This document shows, piece by piece, positions 25,648-41,606 of a stretch of 64,000 nt of DNA. Source of the stretch: Psammoneis japonica (Eukaryota). The position numbers were made by a program, and so were the translations under genes. Position 1 is the first letter of the stretch; each line of letters opens with the position of its first letter. The DNA is taken from NCBI GenBank assembly GCA_008632985.1, contig QPGO01000045.1, forward strand, positions 248,001 through 312,000, written 5' to 3'. The notes under the pieces were generated by a model, which did not search any database, was not told where the DNA came from, and worked only from the letters and a program-made list of their open reading frames with translations.

Positions 25648-26365
25648 GGTCCATGCAGACGAATTCTAGCGAGGGGCGAACCAGGGTGGGAAATTATTCC
25701 AGAGCTTGCTCCTCTCGAGGACGAAGTCGTTATTGACAAATCAGGGTAAGAGCCATTCGGTTGCTGCGTTGCTGCGTCCCCCGGGCTCCCACCTATGCCC
25801 CTTTCGTTTTCGATGATCTCATTGGCTTCTTACTGTATGTATTTTGACGCTTATGGCGATGCAAAACTTGAAACTTTAAACAGAAAAGGCTCTTTTGTAC
25901 TCTAGGAATAATCTCATTTTACGATCTCGAGGTAGGTGCTGCAGGACGATTCTGGCTCATTTGACAACTTCTATGAATGATTTTCTCACTTGGAAGTCAT
26001 TCTTTACTCGGACACCAAAAAAAGGTATATCCAATTTGATTCTCGCCGGAGTAACGACTGATGTTTGTGTCCACACGACCATGAGGAATGCGAACGATAT
26101 GGGATATGAATGCGTTCTCTTGGAAGTGAGTATTGCGTCGGAGTGGGGGGCGCTTCTTGCTTTGTACCTCAACAAGACTGCTCAAGCCGTCTCATCGCAA
26201 TGCGTTTATTCTTTTCGCTTCAATGCCATACCTTAGGATTGTTGCGCTGCTACGGACCCAGACAATCACCGTGCGGCCACTAGCATGATTAAGAATCAGG
26301 GTGGTGTATTTGGCTCCGTCACGGTCTCCAAGTCCTTGATCAAAGCATTGGCAACTTCATCGTAA
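25648..26365 (+). pseudogene. Cysteine hydrolase / isochorismatase family, biuret-hydrolase-like, 5'-truncated
   Basis: [67 protein letters not shown] and DCCAATDPDNHRAATSMIKNQGGVFG, with introns. No N-terminal exon is visible and the middle is disrupted. Confidence 0.7.
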
Positions 26366-26393
26366 GACACAGTACTGTATTCATGCGTGACTA

Positions 26394-27650
26394 TCAAGCA
26401 TGTTGATCTCCTTTGGCCGTAATTACGGCTGCTTTGAAATCAATAGTCAATCCAACTTCTTGTAACTGATTCTCGATTTCGGTTGCACTGAAGGAGTAGT
26501 TGATTCGGGCCGTGTTGTTTCCAACTCCAAAACGTGTTTTGCGCCTGCAAGAAAACGGTGGTCCATTCTCGATGACTTCTTTAGGTGTCGGTCGATTTTT
26601 TTCTGCCGATCGAATGGCCTTTCGAATTCCATCCCAATATCGCGCTTGTGCATCTTGTTCTCCATTGCAAACGTGGTCTTCTTCGACACCACTACAGGTC
26701 CGAATACCCGTGCGATCCTCATCGTCAACCCCTGCCCACAACGCCAAGCTTTCGGGGAAGTTGGTAAGCTCCGTGCCATCTTCCAGAACTGAAATCGGAG
26801 GGCTTGGGACAAAGCTCTCATGGTACCACACAGCAGTGACAATGGGCAACGCTACTCGATCCAAGTCGGTCTTTCCTGCGGAGTAGTAGGATTTTTTATC
26901 AAGCGGTGTGGGATAAGTAGTAGTCACAACATCAGTAGCGGAATGAATCGCATGCTTACCTTGCAACATAATTTGTTTACGTGCAAAGTCTCGCACAGCT
27001 TGACTCGTCTCAGCTGCGGCAAGGTCGATAAGACCGGTGTCAGGGGTGATACTTAGAAATCGCGGTTCGTTGTTCAGGACAGAAAGCACCTGAATGTGGG
27101 AAGTAACAGCAAACATAAGATTCCGAAAAGAGATAGGAACTTGCATAAGGTACGCAGGGTAGACTTACCTGCCGGGCATCCACAATGTACACCCAATACT
27201 GGTTGGCGTGCTCATGACAACCACTCGCAAGAACGACACTATTGATCAGCGGCTGTAGAAAGATATGTTAGTTGACTGTAAGTTGAACATAATCCGGTAA
27301 GAAATGCGAAACCTTCAACTTCAAACTGTAAAGCAACGTACTTGCTCAGCAGAATACTGTCGCCATCCTTCTTGCATTACATCCAAGTAAGCTTTATAGC
27401 CACGAACCACCGCTGTTCCTAGAAAGACTGCTTTCGAAATCAGCTCTCCGTCTGGTTGTTCACTCTGGTAGTGAAGCTTATCATGATCTGGAAACCCGTC
27501 TTGTAGACCGCCGCTTACACCAATTAAAAGATACTGTCGTTCTTCCCGTGAAGTAGTGGCCGTCACAAGTCTCGGTAGCAGACAAAACCAAAGTGGAGCC
27601 AGCAAGAAAACCATATACAGCAGAGGAATGATTCTGTAGCCTTGTGGCAT
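26394..27650 (-). CDS. Hypothetical secreted protein, 3 exons (27650-27342, 27252-27169, 27089-26394)
   Basis: Hydrophobic signal-like N-terminus (IIPLLYMVFLLAPLWFCLLP). Two phase-0 GT-AG introns join the ORFs without stops. Confidence 0.65.
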
Positions 27651-28261
27651 CGTTTCTATTGCTTCTTGCTGCAACACTCGACGGCAATCTGCAATCTCTA
27701 GCCCTATGAATACTCCAAGGGACTTCAGTATACTGTAATCCCTCTTCAATATATACACTCCTCCTTCGTCCTAATGTTACAATGCTATTGCGCCGAGCGA
27801 GATTTGCTGAGATGGGAAAAAAGAGAGATGAGATTATATTCGCGGACAGACGATCCTTGACTCGTGACTTACTTACTCGCGTCGCTCTACTTTCATTCAA
27901 CATGCTCTGTCATGGCCATGCCTCATGGCATGACCTGAATTGATGCCCGTCATCCTACTACCGTAGGGCCCTAGTCTCATTGACATTCAATCAGCACTAC
28001 TATGAGGGACACTATTTCAATTTATAACTCAAAACTATGATGCAACCAGCAGCGATTTCATCATTGAACGTTGGAGAGGAAAACTGACAAACTACTGACT
28101 ATCGAAGGACTTTCCAGGAGAAACAAGTGGCTCACGTCTCGTATCAACAGTGTAATGCACCGTAGGGTACAACACTGCCGAGCAACAAAGGTGCAGTACG
28201 CTATCTCCGGTTACTTTTGATTAGACGACCTCTTAAAACATAGGAGTAATGACCTGATAAT

Positions 28262-31200
28262 CTAATCATCCTTCTTGGCTTCATCTATCTTGGCATCAGC
28301 ATCTGGCATTTCTGTAGCCTCTTCGGCTTGGCCTTCTTCCTCAGCTTCCTCAACGGGAGGAGTCCATTCAAAGGGTTCCGGAGGAGCAGCCTCATCTACT
28401 GGTTCTAACGCAGGCGCCTTCACAGCGCGAAGATCATCGTCTTCCTCGTCGGGAGTAGAATCCGTAAGAATCAGAACACCACAGGGTTAATCCTCTGACC
28501 GAATGGGACGATAGCGCTGATGCAAGTCAGATTCGCACACACCGGATTGGGCATTGGTTATGCGGGATGGATTCGTAATACGAAAAGACTTGGGCTCTGG
28601 TTCGCGTTTCTTTTTTGGCTTCTTTTCAGCAGCCTCGTCTCCGTCTTCTTCGCCACCCTTGTCGGCGCCTTCATCATCTTTTGCTTCCTCTGTCTTTGCA
28701 ATTTCCTCCTTTTCAAGTTCCATAGCTGCGGGTCTACCCTCTTCGCCGCCTCCTTCTTCCATTGCACGCAATTGCACTGGATAATCTCAAAGCTCTTGGG
28801 GTACTTGAAATCCTTGTTTAGACCAATCGTATAGGTAGGTGTCAGCGCGAGACTCATCATGTGCAAAATGGGATACCAATGCCAATGTTTAAGCCAAAGC
28901 GCCATTCCGACCGCAGACGTCATTTTGGTAAATCCGTCACGTGATCCCAGCGTCAAGGCACAGTTCCGTCCACCCGCATCCAAGAGACCCGTGGATAGGA
29001 TCGCCCCCATTTTGGTAAGAGTCGTTTGGTGCTTGTCACTGACAATGGTTGACAGTTTCTCCCTAAAGGAGCGAATCATCTTGCGTCCATTGGAAACGTC
29101 ACTCTGTTGCATGTAAATCATGGTGGTACCAAGAAGCGCGCCCTGTCGAACATAGTCAGTCGTGTCGGTCAACATAGGCTCCAAGAGTGCCACGCTGTCG
29201 GAATCGCACGTTCCAGCCATGGCAATACCGAACAGCCATACAACTGGCGTACCGGACATGGGGATTGAAACTCTCCAGCAAGAGCTTGACCAATTCGGAA
29301 ACACGCTCGGGCGTCTTGTACAAGACAAATGCAAGCCCAATGACGGCAGCCATTCGGACATCGTCGCTGACATCACCGACGGCCGTGTGCAAAAGAATAC
29401 GAATCGCCTTGTTGGAACCGGTTCCACAAGAGCATACTGAGCACCGTAACGCAAAATAGGATCGCGGTCACTCCGCATCTCCTCGACAACAGCGTCGGCA
29501 TTTTCTTCCTGCCCAAAGTTGATGAGAGCCAGTCCCATGGAAATGCCACGAATAATCTTTTAATGCTGTGTGTCTCGCGCGTAATTCTTGAGTTCCGTGA
29601 CAATTTCATTGAATTCCTCCTTGGTGTCCGCGGGCAACAGGTTTTGTGAGTTGCCTGCGCCACTTCCAACGAGAACCATACCAATGGCCATTCCAGCCGC
29701 TTCTCCGGAAACGGCACTGTCCGTGAAGAGTAATTCCTTGAGTTAATTCACGACAGTTAGATCAGCAGAGCCAAACGCTGTCAGACCCACTCCCAACGCG
29801 GCGCCATCCGAAATCGCTTCATTGGCATGAGAGGTTTTCAAATGGTTACGAATGAATTCCGACGTCTCCCTCCGTTTCGCTTCCGATGAGCCAGCATGAG
29901 AACCATGAATGAGACCAAGAGCAAAGAGCGAGCCTCCTTCTGCGTATCCGCCCTCTGCAGAGACGAGATTGGGTGCCACTTCTCCATTGTCGCCCGTCTC
30001 GGCCGAGGGTGGAAGGTATGGCTCCAACAAGGTCATGGCCTCTTTTGTGTGCCCCGCTTGAATGACTCCCAAGGACGCCGTAGCCGATAACTTGGCCCTG
30101 CATGACGATAAGAAAGCGACAAGAATGTAAGAACCTCAAACGTTTCCAAAGCGAATGACAACACAAAAGAAGGGCCTTACCAGTTGGACGCCTTTTTTAT
30201 CCACTCCAAGTGCTCGCGCAAAAAGGCATCGTTGGTAGTACCGGCGTGCAAACAGGAGTGCGTCATGACAGAAGCCGAGTGCACCACAGAGCACAGAGTT
30301 ACGTGACGACCCACGTTGCTCGATGGCCTTTCTCTAGTTATCCATAATGAGAGGGTCGGCTTGAGAGTTCTTGTGCAAGAACGACAACGCCAATTCCGAC
30401 GAGAATCCTCCCACCAAGGCCCTTTCTGCTTGCTTCCAGGCTTCGTTCTCCTTATCCTCAGAGGCCTTGGACAAGTCCGCTGCGACCTTTTGAACAAAGG
30501 CCTGATCCCCACTATCAATCAAATCAAAGCACAGCTGCAATCCCGACAAGACCTGTTGTTCTGTTCCCTTTAAAAGAGTCAAGAATACGTCTGCCACCGC
30601 TGCCGAGTTTCCCAGCAACTGCTGGTACGTGCACGAGGTTCACAGCCGCCGACTGCACCGATCCCTGGGCAAAGAGCTCTGATGGCGTCTCAGCTGCCAC
30701 CGCCAGAGCTTCCAGACGAAAGGACTTGAGCGTAACACGTGGGACAGCATCAAGCGCATAGTCTAGTGTTTCAGTAAGAGCACCGTTTTGCTTTGCTCTT
30801 GCGAGAATGTCTCTGACTCGATCCGTTTCCCGTGCTTTCAACGCTACGCCCAGCGCTTGTCCGTAGTCCCCCGCCGCGCACGTCGTTTCCATCATGCTGT
30901 GCACCATGACTCGCAACTGATCCATGTTGAGATCTTGTGCGACAGCGTCTTCTTGCGGCTGCTCAGCTTGTCTGCTTGTTTCGATTAAACGTATGCATCC
31001 AATGCCGCGTGAGTCAATGGCTCTACATACGGAGAAGGCCTTGCAACGTCAAAGTGATCGTGGCCCGCTTCCAAAGCCAACCGGAGAGCCTGAGCCGCTT
31101 CTTCCAAGTGAAAGAACACACGAGATGCTACAGCCGCAGCCGCCTGTCGTGTACCGACTTGGAGCGACTCGTCTTCGGACAGAGCTTCCAATTGAGGTAA

Positions 31201-31374
31201 ACACTCGGCAACTTCATGCCAGAGCGTGTCGACGCATTTCAGCAACTGCGACAGCGCGTGAGACTTGAGAGTCACGTCATCTTCTTGCAAAAGAGTGATC
31301 CAACCAGAAGCAGTGGCGGTAGGGCTTGTCATGGGAGGACCAAACGGAGATGACGACATGGTTGCAGTCGCCAT
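28262..31374 (-). pseudogene. RPN2: 26S proteasome regulatory subunit Rpn2/PSMD1, multiply frameshifted
   Basis: VDTLWHEVA, AAAVASRVFFHLEE, KASNW-AKLSATASLGVI, YAEGGSLFALGLIH, TQH*KIIRG (internal TAA), [46 protein letters not shown] and APPEPFEW across many frames. Confidence 0.9.
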
Positions 31375-31402
31375 GGTGACTTGTTGTGACGGATCGGACA
31401 GG

Positions 31403-31779
31403 NNNNNNNNNNNNNNNNNNNNNNNNNNNNNNNNNNNNNNNNNNNNNNNNNNNNNNNNNNNNNNNNNNNNNNNNNNNNNNNNNNNNNNNNNNNNNNNNNN
31501 NNNNNNNNNNNNNNNNNNNNNNNNNNNNNNNNNNNNNNNNNNNNNNNNNNNNNNNNNNNNNNNNNNNNNNNNNNNNNNNNNNNNNNNNNNNNNNNNNNNN
31601 NNNNNNNNNNNNNNNNNNNNNNNNNNNNNNNNNNNNNNNNNNNNNNNNNNNNNNNNNNNNNNNNNNNNNNNNNNNNNNNNNNNNNNNNNNNNNNNNNNNN
31701 NNNNNNNNNNNNNNNNNNNNNNNNNNNNNNNNNNNNNNNNNNNNNNNNNNNNNNNNNNNNNNNNNNNNNNNNNNNNNNN
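31403..31779. other. Assembly gap (N run)
   Basis: Run of N characters. Confidence 1.
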
Positions 31780-32504
31780 CGCCTTACCGGTACATCCATC
31801 GACCGTTGATCGCGCGCTTCGCACACCCCGGGGTCTCCAGCAAAAGTTGGAGGCTTGCAGGTCGGAGTCGCAAAAATGCGCATCTTCGCCAATGACCCGC
31901 TCACTGTCGTTGCTGTTTGTTTGTTATGGCACTTTTATTGACATGGGTATATCCTTCATTGCCTAATACACCTCTTGATGTGTTGGTTGATTGTAGATAT
32001 GGTATGTGTAGCGTTGCCGGTTGCCGTTTGTTCAAGCGCCGATGATTGAGGATTTCATTTTTGCGTAGAATTTGTATGGATGTCTACAGGGCGTCATTTT
32101 TGGTGTCAAGAGTACGCCTTCGATTTGAGTACCAAGTTAGGGCCCTAGTTTATTATGGATGATCCAGATTGTGCAAATATAATATCTTCGTAATAATACG
32201 CGTCGATTCATGCCTTGTTTTTGTAGCATAGAGTAGTGTGGGAACAACGCGAGCGGCTTTTATCGCCATGGCGTCGTCGTTTTTCGCGTCGAAAATTCGG
32301 TGAGGGTCATACTCGTTTTTATATAAGCTTTTCAGATCCAAATTATTTATTCTTTAATTCATTTTTAAAGAGTATATATGTATACTTACGTCACATCCGT
32401 TGATTCCTATATGCAACATTCAGCTCTGTAGCCCTAGCAAGAGTCCCATTTGCGGGATAAGGCCCTATCATACCGTACCGGTAGCCTCTACAGTACCTCT
32501 AGGA

Positions 32505-32932
32505 ACCTACCAACTTTCTCGCGGGGGTTCCTGGGGGGATAAAAGTTCTCCATTGTGATTCCTGTGACGCCATGCTTCTCGCCATTGCGTTCCAGGGGGG
32601 CTACAAACTTTCTCGCAGGTGTTCCTCGGGGGATGCAATTTTTTGCGCGGGGGTTCCTGGGGGGTTACAAAGTTTTCCATTGTGTTTCATGATGCTAAAA
32701 ACTTCTCGCGTTTGCGTTCATGGGGGGCTACAAACTTTCTCGTGGGGGTTCCTTGGGGGCTACAAACTTTTTCGCGGTGGTTCCTCCGCGCGATTGTGTT
32801 CCTTGGGGACTGCAAGCAAACTTTGTCGCTGTGGTTCTGCTGACCACACAAACTGGCAGCTGCTGCAGAGCCAGGCTGTTGGGCCCCACTTGTTTCCCTT
32901 GCATTCCTGGGGGGGGGGGGTGCAAACTTTGT
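32505..32932. repeat. Degenerate short tandem repeats of about 30-35 bp, likely subterminal repeats of a transposon
   Basis: Repeated ctacaaactttctcgcgggggttcctggggg-like units at about 32507, 32601, 32633, 32728, 32760 and 32920. Confidence 0.7.
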
Positions 32933-35900
32933 CGAGCATGACAGCTCTGATGGTTGGGAGGAGGGTGTGGGCAACTCAGGACAATCAATTGAGAGCAACA
33001 TGGAAAAGTCAACAAAGAATGACAGAAGTGCAAAAAAGCTCAAAAGTGACAATGAAAGCCTCTTTGTGGACTTTCAGATTCAAGGAGACCACAGTCTGCA
33101 AATCAAGAAAACCAGGCTGCTCTTTTGAAATCTTCTTTTCGTCGGAGTCGCTGCTGCTTCCGCACCCCTGAACAACGCTCCCTGCGTTGACGCATGCCTT
33201 GCAGTGATCACACTGATTTGTCATCAAACAATGTTCCAATTTTCCAACAGCTGTGCCTGGTCCCAAACATTGCTGTGGTGTCAGCATTTTAATGACATTT
33301 TCAACTCAACTCACAGCCATCGTCAATGTCTTGCTTGTCTCTTGCCAGCGCTTTGACCTTGAGCCTTGTTGTCAATGTGGTCATCCCATGTCATCTTCAA
33401 GAATGCATGGCATTGGTCAGATCAATGAGGGTTTTCCCAGTGCTCACCCAAGTTTCAGTCATGGAGAAACAAGTGTGGCGTCAAGGAGCAAATGGGAGCG
33501 GCAGTCTGCATTTTCTCATTGCTTCCTGATCATGACAAGACTGCCCTCAAACATGTTTGTCTTTGGCCTTGCCTTGCTCTTGGATTTTTTTCTCTGGCAG
33601 AGGGACAAGCACACACGTTGCTTTTTGTTGCTTGCCTCCTGTGCATCCACAGTCGCATTGGCGGCAACCTCAAAAGACTCAATGTGATCATAAAAAGCCA
33701 CTGACATGTCCTGCACAATGCAGCAGAGATGATCTCCACCAATGTTTTTAGAATGCTGCAGGAGCAACTTGTCAACGTTCCTCGAGGCATTCCAACTTTC
33801 AAGAGTGCTCAATTCTTCCGTCACGTCAACTGAGCAAGGGACGTTTTCATTGTTGATCTGTTCATTCACACTGTCACAGAAAAGCCAAGAAAACGTTGGA
33901 TCATCATTGGCGGTCAATGGCAATTGGACTTCAACTGCATCATCAGTTGCTGCATCCTTGGCAGCCAAAAAGCCACATGCGCACATCAACGCTGATGGCT
34001 TGTTGCAAACACACGCGTGTGCAAAACAAAATGGCTCATCCCAACAATGATGAGAGCCTGCAGCTTGTGCAGCAAGCCTTCATTGGAGGAGGATTGCCAC
34101 AGCCAAATGAGTTCAAGTGTGGAGCTGGGATTGGAGCAACATTGTCCAATGCTCTCTCTTTTGTTCCATGCCACAGCAGCTGCAAAAATGTGGAAGAGCC
34201 TGACTTGACAAAGATCAAGCCTTCCTGCTTTGATGAATCCAACAGCAACTCTTCAAGCGTCAATGCAGTGCCAGCATTTGATTTCTTGACAGCGGGCGGT
34301 GGCAGCTGCAACATGCTTTGGCCTTCATCTGTGAACTCTCCCAAGCCCTTTGGAGTGTGCTTGTTCTGAACCAGTCTCTTGGCTGGCTTGATGCAAAAGT
34401 GAGCTCACCATTTGTGCTGTCACTCCCAAAGGTCTGAAGAAGAAAGTTGACAAATTCGCGCGCTTCTTCTTGTTGGAAGCAGCTGTCAAAGTCAACTTGG
34501 GCACCAAACCACCCACTTGTCATTCAGCGCCATTCAATCATTGTGTCTGCAGGACAAAACCTCAGCGCCACAAGCTGGTGACAATGTGCAGAGAAAAGTG
34601 CATTGGAGCACATTCCAAATTCACTTGGTCAGTTCTCACTGTTTCTCTTGTGCTGATGTTGCCACTTGGGGATCTCAGCAAGTTGTCAAAGCTGTCACTG
34701 TGACAAAACATTGCCATGGTGACAGAATCAAGAAAGGAAGAATTGTTTTTGCCTTGAATGCCTCATTGGGCACCAAGCCAATCTGCCATTGTCTCTTTGA
34801 CCAAGGGAGCCACGTCAAAAGAAAATGGCTCACAGGGAGGTGACAAACTGCTCTCTTCTTGATGTGTGCTTTCATGTGTGGGATGGACCAAGAGGTTGAT
34901 GGGTCTGTGCACTCATCATGCTGTGACTGCACCCTTGAACATGTTTGATTGTGTGTGTCAACCAGGGAAATCCTGACCTGAAGCACTGCAAACCAAATTG
35001 TGGTCATCCACTGATTCCACAGGAAATTGCCTTGATTGTTGGTCATGGGAATGTTGACATTGCCAACAGCCAGCCCCTTTTTGCAGCAAAAAGGGAGCTG
35101 CAAAAAAGGCAGCTTCTTGCAGTGACTGTGGCTTTGACCTCTGCACCAACTGTCTTGCTGCTTGTCATCCCAGAAGTGCTTGCCACTCCAAAAGGCGCAC
35201 CCTGAATGACCAGCGGCAAAATTGGATCATGTCCGGAAAAAGCACCTGCTGGCACGCTGGTGTTGAAATGAGGAGAAAGCTGAACAGGCCGCTGGTGTGA
35301 AAAAAAGCGGGTGGGCACCATCCCATGTGCAGAGGTGCAAGACCAAGAATGGAAAGCTCAAAAATGCTGTCACTGTGTGCATTGTGAATGCATCACAAAC
35401 CAGTTGGAAGGTTGCAGCATCATGAGCTGCCTGGTTGGGACTTGCATCAGCAGGACAATCTGCTGGCAACTGAGATGCAAGAGAATCAACCAACGGTTTG
35501 GACCTCACAGGAGGACAGACCAGCATCCTGCATTGGCAAGACAGCTTGTCTGCAAGTTTTTCATGAAACAAAGAAGAGTTGCAAACAAGAAGAGGTGTCA
35601 AAATGTGAGATGAAGACCATGTCCGGAATCAAAAGCAGCGGTCTTCTCACACACCTGTCCTTGCCAGAAAACAATCATTGTGTGTGTCCATGCCGCTCCA
35701 TGTTGGGCTTCCCATCAACGGCAACTTTTCTCCATGTTGCGCTTTTGCCCATGGCAACATCAGCAACAGTTTTGAAGTCATCATTCAATGCATCTTGCAT
35801 GCTGTGGAGAAGAGCATTGCTCCAATCTAGCTGAGGTTTTTGACACCAACTTTCTTGCTGTTCTTGATTCTCTGACGACGGCATGGACCCATCCAAGTGG

Positions 35901-37058
35901 CATGAGCCACATTTCTGCATGGCAAGCACAGCTGGATCAACATGGTTTGTCTCTTGCAATCAACTTGCAGCATGGTTGTGCGACAAGTCCTTGTTGTTCA
36001 CATTCAGGCTGCCCACAAAAATTGAGTTAATCAGGGGCAACATCTCATCCACTGCTGTTGTTGTCATTGTCAGCGCAGATGCTTCTTGGGGCTGCTGGTT
36101 GCAAAAGTGTTCATGAGGACTGCAAACAATGTCAGATGATGCCATTTGGATGAACATCAGCCTCACTTCCAAGTCTCAATCATTCACTCCAAGCAGCAGT
36201 GCATCTGGTCATGCAACTTTTCAGACAGTCAGTTGCTGCAATGTGAGCATGATCTGTTGCTCTCAGCAACATTGTTGTGGACCAGAAGCATTTCAACACA
36301 GAGGGTTGGCGAAGATGCAAGTTTCAATCAGCCAACACTTGAATGTCGAGTGCAGCTCAGCAGGCTCCGGCAGATGTGGCAGCTGGATGTTCAATGCTGT
36401 GTGTGCACAGATGGATGATGCACCAGGGTTGCATGCAGGTGATGTGTCAATGCAGCGCATGCTCATTTTCTCTGTTGTTTGACTTGAGGAGCAACTTTGT
36501 GCTGAAAGACCCCATCATGGGACAAATTTTCTGCCAAATGAATGCATTGATGAGATGCCATTTTTCAGCTTGACCTTTGCTTGCCTTTTTGCAGCCAATG
36601 GTTTGAGTCAGCAGGCGCCAAAAGCATGGCAAATGATTGGTGGGTGCAGAGTTGGCAAAAGCAACATGGCATCTCCACCAATGACCAAATTGGTGTGTCT
36701 CAAAAATTCTTGAAAGACAGTGGGTTTCTGGTTGGACAGTTGAAGCTGATGAGGATCCAACAGAGCTGCCCTTGCAATGGCTGCAAATGACGCAATGCAT
36801 GATGATTGTTGTGGACATGATGATGTCGACCTCAGAGCCCTTGCCTTTGCATTTTTGATCTTGCATCTTCTGCCAGCTCTGTGACAAGATTGAGGCCCAA
36901 TTCAGCCACAGCGTGCAGCTGCTCCAGCACTGTTCTCCAGGCCAGGTTGTTGTTTTTGTGATGGCACTCAGAGACATGCAGTGCATCTGTCATCCATGAT
37001 GTTGGCCAAGCCCACAAAACCTTTGCTGGTTTGTCAATTGACTCCTGTGCTGACAAAA

Positions 37059-37413
37059 GCATTGCTGAGTTTTCTGCCAAAGTGCCCCATCTTTTGCCAA
37101 GATCCTCCAGACTGGGTGCACACTCCCAGCGATGGTCAGGTCTGACCTTTTGAAGAAATGCACTGTTGAGACACATCTGGCAAGGCATTTGATCATGCCA
37201 ACAATTTTGCCAAGCTGGAGACAAGGTTGCTGCTGTGGAGTGCATTGCTGAGTTTGCTGCTAAAAAGTGCCTTGCATCTTTTGCCAAACAGGTGCACACC
37301 CCCGGCAATGCTCAGGTCTGACACCTTTTGAAGAAATGTGTGAAGACATCTGGCAAGACATTTGACCGTGCTGGCAATTTTGCCAAGCTGGGGACAAGGT
37401 TGCTGCCATGGAG
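37059..37413. repeat. Diverged tandem repeat, about 180 bp x2
   Basis: gcattgctgagttt...catcttttgccaa...caggtctgac...ttttgaagaaatg...aattttgccaagctgg.gacaaggttgctgc occurs twice. Confidence 0.8.
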
Positions 37414-37657
37414 GGCAAGTGCCAATTTTGAATCATCTGCACTGCTTGTCCAGAGGGCTCTGAAATTGTGGCACTCTGGCTCTGATTGTGTGCACACCAC
37501 ATTTTGTTGACAGAGCACAGCACGCTCTGTGCTGAAAACAACTGGCATGTGTGCACCAGCAGTGTTTTGTGTCTTGATGAGGATGGGGTCTCCTGCATGG
37601 CTGGGGATGCCCAGAAGTGCACATTGTGCCAGCCCGCACAGTTTGCACTCACTCCGC

Positions 37658-37880
37658 TGAGTGCAGAGATGCATTGACGTGACTCCATGCCATGAGGATC
37701 ATGCATTTAGCTGCCTCCCAATGCCGCACCTGGTGAGTGAAGGCTCTGTGCACAATGCTGTGTCAATGAGTGCAGAGATGCATTGACGTGACTCCATGTC
37801 ACGAGGATCATGCATTTGGCTGCCTCCCAACATTGCACCTGGTGAGTGAAGGCTCTGTGCACCACGATGCTGTGTCAATG
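37658..37880. repeat. Tandem repeat, about 110 bp x2
   Basis: tgagtgcagagatgcattgacgtgactccatg...ggtgagtgaaggctctgtgcac..atgctgtgtcaa at 37658 and 37767. Confidence 0.9.
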
Positions 37881-39495
37881 TGCTGTTTTGCACAATGTTT
37901 GCTGAGAACCAAAACGAACTTGGAGCAAAGATCTTTGTTTTTGAATGAAGCACATGTGTGTGAAACAAACGTGAGCAACTCACCCAACCAAACATTTCAC
38001 AGCAAAATGAGCCAACTCAGAACCAGCAGTTCTCACAGCTGTCAACAAGAACAGCAATGATGTTTGCAGCTGCTCAATGTCCATCCCTCAACCCAGTGCA
38101 TGAAGCAAAAGGTGTGGGTGTGGTCTGGATTGTTTTGATGGAAGTCAGCACATTCTGTCATTGAAGCTTCTTTGAGAGAGAAGCTCCTTGAGAGAGAACA
38201 TGCCAGTGCACACATGCTTGGGGCACCTGCATTGTGCGGCACACTTCCATGACACATCATGCAAAAAGTGCCATGGCTGAGCAGCAAGCAGCATCAGCTG
38301 CATTGTTTTGGCAGCAAGAAGGAGGATGGACATTTGATTTTCTTGATTGAGCACAGAGCCCTCACTCCTGACTCTGAACACATGCCTCAGAAGCTTTCTC
38401 TCCATTGCTTGATGATCGCAACAGAAAAGAAAAGGAGAACTTGAGTGTCACATTGTGGCAAGGTGCAGATGCTGAAAGACCACGTGCAAACAAGGCTTTC
38501 CCACTTGATTTTGCAGTCATTTCAAGTTTTGCTTGCACGAGACACCATGAAAATGTTGATTTGGGAACTTCCACTGGACTTGATGGATGACAAGGTTGCT
38601 GCAAAAAACATCTTTCCCATGTTGTGTGTCACAAGAAAATGCAATGATCACTTGTTGGCAAAGACATCTTGGCTGGGCCCACAGCACATTCTTTGATGCC
38701 AAAACAAAATGCAGCCAAGAAGATGATTTGGCATTCATCAGATTTCATGGTTGAGAGGGGAAGAAGAAGAGCTCCACAGCTCACTCACTCCCTGCCGCTC
38801 ACTCACTCATTCACTCCAACAAATCTCTTTTGGGTGGTGTGACGCTGGCCTGCATGTCTTGGCAGTGCTTGGCAGTTGGCACCTGCAACATGGCCAGCAA
38901 TGTGATGGTTGTGAAATGCTTTGCCTTTTCAATGCATTGGGGCCATGCCTTGGGCAGGTGCTCACCCAGCTTTTTGGCCCAAGGTGAAAGGGCAAAAAGA
39001 AAATGATTGTGGGGGCATGGCGCAGCAGCAGCAAGCAAAATGTGTGCCAGTTTGTGGACGAGAGAGGAAGAATCTCATTTCTGTTTGAAGCTAAAAAGGA
39101 GATGTGGCTGACAACCAACCTGGCCACTGCATGTTTGGATGTGTCGCTGCGCAGGCAAAAACTGTGACGAGGCCTGGTCAGTGCTCTCCCCCAGCTGCGG
39201 CTGAAGCGGCAGAGTGCATGTCATGAAGACGTCCATGCTTTTTCAGCACAGGGTTGTTGCAACATGTCATGCAATGATGGAATCTGGCATTCAAGACAGA
39301 CTGACGGTCTGTTGAAATGAGCATGTTTGTCAGCCAGGACATCAAAGTGCCGTGAAGGACTTCGGTGAGTGTGTTAGAGCCATGCAGTTGCATCATCATA
39401 ATATCTCTATCTGAAAAATGTAGCGGTCGTCGGTCGTGCGTCGGTCATCGGCTTATTTCGGCTCAAGGAACCACAGAGAGCACCAAGCACCAACC

Positions 39496-41606
<2,111 letters not shown>

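Larger units (their letters stand above)
32933..39400. other. TpA- and CpG-depleted degenerate block, probably transposon/gene relics, not assignable
   Basis: Almost no TA or CG. Many short Cys/His-rich, Tyr-free ORFs in all frames; no motif confidently recognised. Confidence 0.55.

Noticed and set aside
30985..31966. ORFs spanning the N run
   Set aside because: Artefacts of translating N. Only the RPN2 N-terminal part is real.
32550..39400. Classical RIP or CpG deamination alone as the cause
   Set aside because: RIP increases TpA. CpG deamination cannot turn Tyr codons into Cys/His or deplete TpA.
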